Positions 57,602 to 64,000 of a stretch of 64,000 bases of DNA are shown piece by piece. A program made the translations under genes and the position numbers. The number at the start of each line of letters is the position of its first letter. The stretch's first letter is position 1. The stretch covers positions 75,585 through 139,584 of the forward strand of contig CAZRRY010000001.1 in the NCBI GenBank assembly GCA_964602775.1, given 5' to 3'. The notes beneath the pieces are model-generated. The model worked only from the letters and a program-made list of their open reading frames with translations, was not told where the DNA came from and did no database searches. The stretch is from an uncultured Candidatus Saccharibacteria bacterium. Its GTDB lineage: Bacteria; Patescibacteriota; Saccharimonadia; Saccharimonadales; Saccharimonadaceae.

Positions 57602-58108
57602 CTACCAGATCCAAGGATTTTTCTTGGCGTAGCTATTCTGCATCCACTGGTTGAACAGGCTCCATTTGCGTGGCGCAAACGCAGCTACCCACAAGAGGAC
57701 GCTGTATACCATATGCTCGTCAACGATTGGATTGTTTTTGAGAGGCATTTCTGCAGCCCACATCATCATGAGTAATGCCGTACCAGTCGCCGCTGCGACA
57801 CGTAGACCGATGCCAAACACGAGTGCAAGCCCAATCCCAAGGAGACCAAGCATGAACAGCCAGTCAACCAAGACATTGCCTGCAAGCCCGTGGAAGAAAT
57901 CTGCCATCGGACTCTGTGGATTGACCCCCATTTTGAGGAATCCAGTTGTTGGCGAGACGCCATCAAGCCACGCTTTGCCATGTGGGGTTGCAAACCCTAG
58001 CCCCATTGTTTTGTCGAGGAATGCCCATACGAAGACAAATCCCACCATAATTCGTGCAACCGCGAGTGCGTACCATGCTTTCTCGTAGTTTACTGTTTTT
58101 TTGACCAT
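57602..58108 (-). CDS. DoxX/DoxD family membrane protein
   Basis: ARIMVGFVFVWAFLDK, VDWLF.LG..GIG, NPIVDEH. Confidence 0.85.
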   Translation of the reverse strand: MVKKTVNYEKAWYALAVARIMVGFVFVWAFLDKTMGLGFATPHGKAWLDGVSPTTGFLKMGVNPQSPMADFFHGLAGNVLVDWLFMLGLLGIGLALVFGIGLRVAAATGTALLMMMWAAEMPLKNNPIVDEHMVYSVLLWVAAFAPRKWSLFNQWMQNSYAKKNPWIW

Positions 58109-58327
58109 TGTACCCTTTCCCTCCTAAATAATGGATATGCTTATACTGTACATTGATTGGAGAGAAAAGAAAAGACTTTTTGACAACAAACCAAGAAAGA
58201 GTAACATTTTGCTGACGGCCGTCAACGAAATGTTACAGTTTTGAGAAAATAGGGCGGGTTCTGTCGTCGTACTGCGTTATAATTCTACCGCCTACAGGTT
58301 AGCGGTAAGTACGTGCCTGCGCCCGGC

Positions 58328-58957
58328 CTAAAATAGTGCGTTGCCGTACTTGATGATAATTGCAGCCGTCATAAATGTGACGACACTAAACAATACGACT
58401 TTGTCATAGCTCTTATCGACATAGTTTTTGAGTGCTATTTGTAGGCCACGAGGCAAATAAAGGTTGTTTTCTCGGATATTATAGCGTGTGATAGCAAACC
58501 AAACGAATGTTGTCGTGGCAGTGACGAGCAGACACCATGGACATAGCGCACCGATGACAAAATAGCTCATACCAAACAACCAAAACGCAAAGATAAGCCC
58601 TAGAGTATAGCAGATTTGCGCGACAAACATGAAGCCCCTCGGAAACTTCACGCCCGAAAGCCCAGCGATTGCCACTGTTATCACCACTGGTTCGGCTACC
58701 ATGCCGAGAAAGCTGTTTGGAAAGCCAAAAAGACTCGCCGAAGGATGTAGCCCGACTGTCGCGCAGTTGACGATAATGTTGATACTGCAGCTCAACACCG
58801 CCTCAGGGTTGCGCGCCAGCTCAATTGCCTCAGCCGACAATACAAACGACGCCACTAAACTCGCGATCGCTCCCACCAACATACTTGCAAAAATCCATCG
58901 GTCATCACGAATCCGTTTCTCTTCGTGGGTGAAATAGGCTTTAATTTTGCGTAGCAT
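58328..58957 (-). CDS. Vitamin K epoxide reductase (VKOR) family protein
   Basis: CSINIIVNC, LFGFPNSFLG, CPWC. Confidence 0.92.
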   Translation of the reverse strand: MLRKIKAYFTHEEKRIRDDRWIFASMLVGAIASLVASFVLSAEAIELARNPEAVLSCSINIIVNCATVGLHPSASLFGFPNSFLGMVAEPVVITVAIAGLSGVKFPRGFMFVAQICYTLGLIFAFWLFGMSYFVIGALCPWCLLVTATTTFVWFAITRYNIRENNLYLPRGLQIALKNYVDKSYDKVVLFSVVTFMTAAIIIKYGNALF

Positions 58958-59207
58958 AGTAGCTTACCTCACTAATCGTTGGCATGACACTGCCACGCCA
59001 TATGTTTTGGATCTGCCCATCTGTACTCAGGGCGATAATCGTCGGATACTCGACAATATCGTAGGCGCGACAAAACATTGCGCCATCACTCGTGTCGGGA
59101 TCGAGTGTCTCGAGCACTTTGCCTGTCTGCCTCGCCATGTCACCCAAAAACGTTTCAACAGCACGCGAGTATTCCGTGTTATCTTTTGTTACGACGACGA
59201 CACGCAT
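58941..59207 (-). CDS. Conserved small protein, possible thioredoxin-like fold without CxxC
   Basis: FCRAYDIVEYPTIIAL; overlaps the VKOR start. Confidence 0.65.
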   Translation of the reverse strand: MRVVVVTKDNTEYSRAVETFLGDMARQTGKVLETLDPDTSDGAMFCRAYDIVEYPTIIALSTDGQIQNIWRGSVMPTISEVSYYATQN

Positions 59208-59214
59208 TAATAAA

Positions 59215-59670
59215 CTACTCCTCGCTGCCTTTTCGCTGCTTTAAAATATTGACAAAATCATCGAGTGTCTCAAACTTATGAAAAACACTCGCAAATCGCA
59301 CATAGGCAACTTCGTTGCAGGCGGCCAGTTCGTCAAGGACAAATTCGCCAATCTGGCTCGACATGATCTCACTCTCACCAAGCTCATAAAGACGCTCTTC
59401 AACTTTGTCGATAATCTTCTCTACCTCGACTTCAGAGCTAAAAAACTTACCGACCGAACGACGAATTGCTGTCGCTAGTTTTTCGCGGTCAAACAATTCC
59501 CTCGAGCCATCTTTTTTGATAACCGCAAGATGCGGGTGCTCGATTCGCTCGTAGGTCGTGAAGCGGTGCTTGCCGTCCATTGTCTCTCGCCGCCGACGAA
59601 TAGTGATGCCATCGGCTGATTCACGTGACTCGAGTACGCGACTGTCGCCTATTTTATAACTTTGTGCCAT
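59215..59670 (-). CDS. nrdR: Transcriptional repressor NrdR lacking the Zn-ribbon cysteines
   Basis: SRVLESR, IRRRRE, RFTTYERIE, ATP-cone, EVAYVRFASV. Confidence 0.92.
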   Translation of the reverse strand: MAQSYKIGDSRVLESRESADGITIRRRRETMDGKHRFTTYERIEHPHLAVIKKDGSRELFDREKLATAIRRSVGKFFSSEVEVEKIIDKVEERLYELGESEIMSSQIGEFVLDELAACNEVAYVRFASVFHKFETLDDFVNILKQRKGSEE

Positions 59671-59687
59671 GGGTACCACACTCTTTC

Positions 59688-60881
59688 TTAGGATTCTTCA
59701 GACTGCTTCTTTTTGCGACGCCTCAGAAACGCTGGCGTGTCATCGTCGTCATCGTCTTGCGTGTTTGCCTGCGCCCAAATATCGGCTGCTGGCTCACTGG
59801 CGAAATGCTGTGCTGCATCGGTGCTCGAAAGATCCATATCGATCGCATCAACGGCCTGATCGACAGTGCTTTTCTGCGTGAGACTGGCTGGCTTGTCGAG
59901 CTCGACTGCCTGTTCGTGGAAATAAGCGCTATCAAAACCTGTTGCGATGACGGTGATGATGAGCTCGTCTTCAAGATCTGGCTTGAGAGTTGCACCAAAG
60001 ATAATATTAGCATCTGGACTGACAGCGCTGGTAATGATTTCAGCAGCTTCTTGAATCTCGCTCATGCTCATATCGTAGCCACCAGTGACGTTAAACAGCA
60101 CACCTTTGGCGCCATCGATCGACACTTCGATAAGCGGCGACTCAATCGCCTGTTGCGCAGCCTGTGCGGCACGATTGTCACCGCTCGCGCGACCAATACC
60201 CATTAACGCAGAGCCTGCATTGCTCATGATTGCTTTGACGTCCGCAAAGTCGAGGTTGATAAGCCCATGCTCGGTAATAAGTTCTGAAATACCCTGCACA
60301 CCCTGCCTCAATACATCGTCAGCAATCTTGAATGTTTCGAGGAGTGGCGTCCGACGATCAATCGTCTGAAGTAAGCGATCATTTGGAATAGTAATCAATG
60401 TATCGACTTGACGCCCGAGCTGCGCGATCGCCCACTCTGCATTAGTACGACGTTTTTCGCCCTCAAAACTAAATGGTTTTGTCGCAACACCGACTGTCAG
60501 AATACCAAGCTCACGAGCAGTTTCGGCCACCACATGTCCAGCACCAGAACCAGTACCACCACCTGCGCCGATAGTGACGAACACCATGTCAGCACCAGTC
60601 AAAGCGTCGCGGATTTCGTCGATTGATTCGCGAGCGGCGGCTTCGCCGACCGATGGGTCAGCACCAGCACCGAGACCATTGGTAGTATTGTGTCCGAGAT
60701 GGATTTTGATATCTGCCTTGGAGTTGTGGAGCGCCTGCGCGTCAGTGTTCATCGCAATAAACTGCACACCGACAAGTCCCGCGTCTTTCATGCGGTTCAC
60801 GGCACTGCCTCCAGCGCCACCGACTCCCACAACCTTGATACTGGCAAAGGTTTGGATTTCGCTAGGTTTTACCTCAGGCAT
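59688..60881 (-). CDS. ftsZ: Cell division protein FtsZ
   Basis: [23 protein letters not shown]-terminal TPAFLRR. Confidence 0.98.
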   Translation of the reverse strand: MPEVKPSEIQTFASIKVVGVGGAGGSAVNRMKDAGLVGVQFIAMNTDAQALHNSKADIKIHLGHNTTNGLGAGADPSVGEAAARESIDEIRDALTGADMVFVTIGAGGGTGSGAGHVVAETARELGILTVGVATKPFSFEGEKRRTNAEWAIAQLGRQVDTLITIPNDRLLQTIDRRTPLLETFKIADDVLRQGVQGISELITEHGLINLDFADVKAIMSNAGSALMGIGRASGDNRAAQAAQQAIESPLIEVSIDGAKGVLFNVTGGYDMSMSEIQEAAEIITSAVSPDANIIFGATLKPDLEDELIITVIATGFDSAYFHEQAVELDKPASLTQKSTVDQAVDAIDMDLSSTDAAQHFASEPAADIWAQANTQDDDDDDTPAFLRRRKKKQSEES

Positions 60882-60964
60882 AATTCGTTTTCGCTCCCCT
60901 TCGTATAGAATGAATACTAATCTTGTTCTAGTATATCATTTTTGTTCAGGCTGCAACAGAGTCA

Positions 60965-62206
60965 CTATGCTTTAAATCTACCAAAAATATTCTTGAGTAA
61001 ACTTCCTGCTTGTTTGATGGAGCTTTTGCCAGCTTTCTTTGTCCGCGGACCAGCCACATGGTGCGTAGTACCTTCTGTATCGATGAGCATGAGACCAACT
61101 GCCGTCGCAAACTCTGGCGTATCGACACCATCTGCGACACCACCAAATCCACCTGGTTTACCGACGCGCACCGCGAGTCCCAGCTTTTCTTTAGCGTATT
61201 CAGCGATATGTTTGATATTCGCAGAGCCGCCCGTCAGTATAACTCCGCTCGGTAGCTGTCCAGCACGACCAGCTTTTTTCAATTCATGCTGCACTGCTTC
61301 AAAGATCTCTTCGAGCCGCGCTTCGACGATCTCGTCAATTTCTTGTGTACTAAACGAGTAGATTTCTCCCTCGTACTTGACGCTGATTCCTTCGGCTTCT
61401 TTGCGAACAAGCGCCGAGGCATGTGAAAGTTTCACTTTTTCGGCAATCGCTGGATCAGTCTTGAGACCAATCGCTAAGTCGTTGGTGATTGCAGCTCCAC
61501 CAACTGGGATCACGCCGACATACTGGAGGTCACCTTCTTCAAATACGGCCACACCGGTCGTCGCACCCCCCATATCGACGACTGCGACACCACTCTCTAT
61601 TTGGCTTTCTTGCACCACTGCTTTGGCACTCGCCATGACCGCTGGCACGAGACCATTTGGTGAAACGGTCGCCATCTCGGTGGCTTTTTGCAGACTCGCT
61701 ACATACGGCGCCATCGCCGAAACGACATTTGCAGTAATCTCGAGCCGAGTGCCTGTCATACCCAGCGCATCTTTGATGCCGCCTTGGCCGTCAAGCGTAT
61801 AACTAAATGGTACGACTTCCAGAATTTCACGGTTGGCAGGAATTTTTCCCACAGTGGCCACTTCTTCGATCCGCGCGAGGTCTTCTTCGACAATCTCGTG
61901 ATCGGCCATGCCGACCGCAATCATGCCATCCGCTTTTGTGCTCACAATATGTGAACCGTTGATACTCACCGTCGCAGCATTGACCTCATAGCCGCTCATA
62001 CGCTCTGCCTCACCGAGCGCCTCATCGATTGCATGGGCTGGGCCCGCGAGATTGACGACAGTGCCTTTGCGCATACCAGTATTTAGTGCTTTGCCGACAC
62101 CCACAATCGTGGGAGTGCCAGTCGCCGGGTCAACATGTCCAACCACCGTACGAACTGTGGTGGTACCAATATCTATACCGACTGCGTATCGAGATTGTTC
62201 CTGCAT
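60965..62206 (-). CDS. ftsA: Cell division protein FtsA
   Basis: GIDIGTT, VDMGGATT, GVILTGG, ATAVGL. Confidence 0.96.
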   Translation of the reverse strand: MQEQSRYAVGIDIGTTTVRTVVGHVDPATGTPTIVGVGKALNTGMRKGTVVNLAGPAHAIDEALGEAERMSGYEVNAATVSINGSHIVSTKADGMIAVGMADHEIVEEDLARIEEVATVGKIPANREILEVVPFSYTLDGQGGIKDALGMTGTRLEITANVVSAMAPYVASLQKATEMATVSPNGLVPAVMASAKAVVQESQIESGVAVVDMGGATTGVAVFEEGDLQYVGVIPVGGAAITNDLAIGLKTDPAIAEKVKLSHASALVRKEAEGISVKYEGEIYSFSTQEIDEIVEARLEEIFEAVQHELKKAGRAGQLPSGVILTGGSANIKHIAEYAKEKLGLAVRVGKPGGFGGVADGVDTPEFATAVGLMLIDTEGTTHHVAGPRTKKAGKSSIKQAGSLLKNIFGRFKA

Positions 62207-62252
62207 ATGGTGAACAGTATAGCATATCGCTTACGCAAACGACAGAAGTGCC

Positions 62253-62771
62253 CTACCTTGTTGTTGGCTTGTTATGTCGGTATCGAGTAAGTGCTACCAT
62301 CAGCGAAACTGCCACGATACACTCGTCGAGTACCCCAGCGTATGAACCAAACAAGACACTAAACACAAGCCATAGTGGCACTGTCGTAAGCAGAAGTCTA
62401 CGCATTGCGTTTTCGTCACGCTGCCACAATGCCACGCTAGAAATGACCATCGCAGTCATTGGCAAGAAACTTATCCAACCCCGAAACGTCACCACACTTA
62501 CCACCACAACTGCAGCAATCACGACCCAGAGTGGCCACAGCGGGCGACGACGGTTGCTGTAGTGACCAAATATCACTGCTCGACCCGCCGAAACAAGATT
62601 GAGCAACGCACCTGTCCCAGCACCAAGCAACATAAAGTGAATGGCAAACAACAAGGCTGAGGCCATATAGACGGCCAGTATCATATGGCGCTTCTTGAAC
62701 TGCACCGATGCAATCTCACAGCCAAGCGCCACGAATCCGATCGCTTGTATCGCGATTTCCACCCTATTCAT
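62253..62771 (-). CDS. YgjV-family inner membrane protein
   Basis: QAIGFVA..QFKKR, HFMLLGA.TGA. Confidence 0.75.
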   Translation of the reverse strand: MNRVEIAIQAIGFVALGCEIASVQFKKRHMILAVYMASALLFAIHFMLLGAGTGALLNLVSAGRAVIFGHYSNRRRPLWPLWVVIAAVVVVSVVTFRGWISFLPMTAMVISSVALWQRDENAMRRLLLTTVPLWLVFSVLFGSYAGVLDECIVAVSLMVALTRYRHNKPTTR

Positions 62772-62777
62772 CTGTCA

Positions 62778-63542
62778 TTAACCTGCTGTCAGTATCTCGG
62801 CACCAGTCTCAGTAATCAGCACTGTGTGTTCAAAATGCGCCGCCAAGCTGCCGTCGCGGGTAGCAAAAGTCCAGCCGTCGTCGAGCTCAACCACTTTTTC
62901 ACTGCCGAGTGTTGCCATTGGCTCGATTGCGATTGTTTCACCTGGATTGAGTAGCACACCACTGCCTCTGCGACCATAATTTGGGATATCTGGCGGCATA
63001 TGCATTTTGAGCCCTACCCCATGTCCTACTAATTCACGAATAATACCAAGTTTTCCGTCGCTCAATACTTTTTCGATTGCAGCAGAAATATCACCCGTAT
63101 AGACTGGCCCTTTGATCGCATCAATCCCCGCATACAAACTTCGCTCAGTAGCAGCAAGCAGATGCTTGACTGCGCCCCGCGGCTCCTCGCCCACAACCAT
63201 AGTAAATGCAGCATCGGTTTTCATGCCTTTGTAGGTAATCACAAGGTCGAAACTGACAATGTCACCTTGTCGCAGCGTATAGTCTGTCGGTATGCCATGC
63301 ACTACCTCGTCGTTGGTGCTGATGCAGATCACGCCAGGAAAATTCACCTCCGTCGTTTTGTAGGTTGCTTCAGCACCGTATTCTTTGATTTTTGCTGCTG
63401 TAAATGTATCGATCTGCCGCTCTGTCATACCGGGCTGTACAAATGCCCGAATATCCTGCAAAATCCGCGCCAATATCTTGCCGCCTTCACGCATCGCCTG
63501 AAGCTGTTCGGGAGTCTTGAGACCAGTGATTAGCTCTGTCAT
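62778..63542 (-). CDS. map: Methionine aminopeptidase type I
   Basis: STNDEVVHGIP, GHGVG..MH, AIEPM, AAHFEHT. Confidence 0.96.
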   Translation of the reverse strand: MTELITGLKTPEQLQAMREGGKILARILQDIRAFVQPGMTERQIDTFTAAKIKEYGAEATYKTTEVNFPGVICISTNDEVVHGIPTDYTLRQGDIVSFDLVITYKGMKTDAAFTMVVGEEPRGAVKHLLAATERSLYAGIDAIKGPVYTGDISAAIEKVLSDGKLGIIRELVGHGVGLKMHMPPDIPNYGRRGSGVLLNPGETIAIEPMATLGSEKVVELDDGWTFATRDGSLAAHFEHTVLITETGAEILTAG

Positions 63543-64000
63543 ACTTTTGTGACTTCGTCGTAGATACGGTCATGCACTTCGCCGGCTGTCCCCGTGCCAT
63601 CGAGGTGAATAATCTTGACACCTGCTTCAGCAAAAATACCCAAAACAGGGTACATTTTTTGGCGATAAATCGTCATGCGCTTGGCAATCGTTTCTGGGGT
63701 GTCTTCCATGCGATGTCGCTTTTCGAGGCGCTGCATAATTTCTGCTTCTGGCACTTCAAGAACCACAACAATATCGATCTTCTCGCCCATTTTTGCGAGA
63801 TAGTCATCAAGCCACGCTGCTTGCTCAGCAGTCCTTGGAAACCCGTCAACGATGATATTGCCATACTTTTTCTCGCGCGCATCTTGCACAGCCTGCTCAA
63901 ACACCTCGTAGGTCAGGGCGTCATTTATGAGCTCGCCTTTTTTGAGCAGATCAATCACTTCTGGATCAGTGCTCTGGCGCAGCATCTCGCCAGTTGACAG
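63539..64000 (-). CDS. adk: Adenylate kinase, short LID (5' truncated by the window)
   Basis: STGEMLR, GELIND, DGFPRT; upstream of map. Confidence 0.88.
   Translation of the reverse strand: MSTGEMLRQSTDPEVIDLLKKGELINDALTYEVFEQAVQDAREKKYGNIIVDGFPRTAEQAAWLDDYLAKMGEKIDIVVVLEVPEAEIMQRLEKRHRMEDTPETIAKRMTIYRQKMYPVLGIFAEAGVKIIHLDGTGTAGEVHDRIYDEVTKV

Noticed and set aside
59670-59700. Frameshifted Zn-finger N-terminus for nrdR (alternate frame reads ECGTHGTKL)
   Set aside because: There is no Met or first Cys in that frame, it overlaps the ftsZ stop, and the second Cys pair is lost without any frameshift

Overview
About 64 kb of a bacterial chromosome. Gene content and sequence style point to Candidatus Saccharibacteria (TM7, Patescibacteria/CPR), using standard genetic code 11; this assignment is inferred, not searched. 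Most of the window is housekeeping: translation (rpmA, prfB, serS, lysS, proS, ileS, greA, frr, tsf, rpsB, rpmE, prfA, prmC, rplU, map, adk), envelope and division (ftsEX, a CHAP hydrolase, murD-murL, uppS, LCP, ftsAZ, parAB), secA/lepB and many proteases. I recognised no rRNA, tRNA, CRISPR array, transposase or integrase. Most notable: (1) an Ile-specifier T-box of the actinobacterial ultrashort-stem-I type that sits about 1.6 kb upstream of ileS, with GNAT, P-loop kinase and CdiA-like nuclease genes in between; (2) a four-helix-bundle (IVS-type) gene enclosed by heptamer-periodic inverted repeats, plus an ORF-less heptamer stem between rpsB and tsf and a solo array; (3) a promoter, 10-codon leader ORF and terminator (attenuator-like) in front of an atypical deaminase; (4) the MurD2/MurL route to D-Glu; (5) a Nudix domain inside IleRS; (6) two large LAxTG-anchored repeat surface proteins broken by point lesions; (7) a class 2 dihydroorotate dehydrogenase with a class 1-type catalytic Cys.
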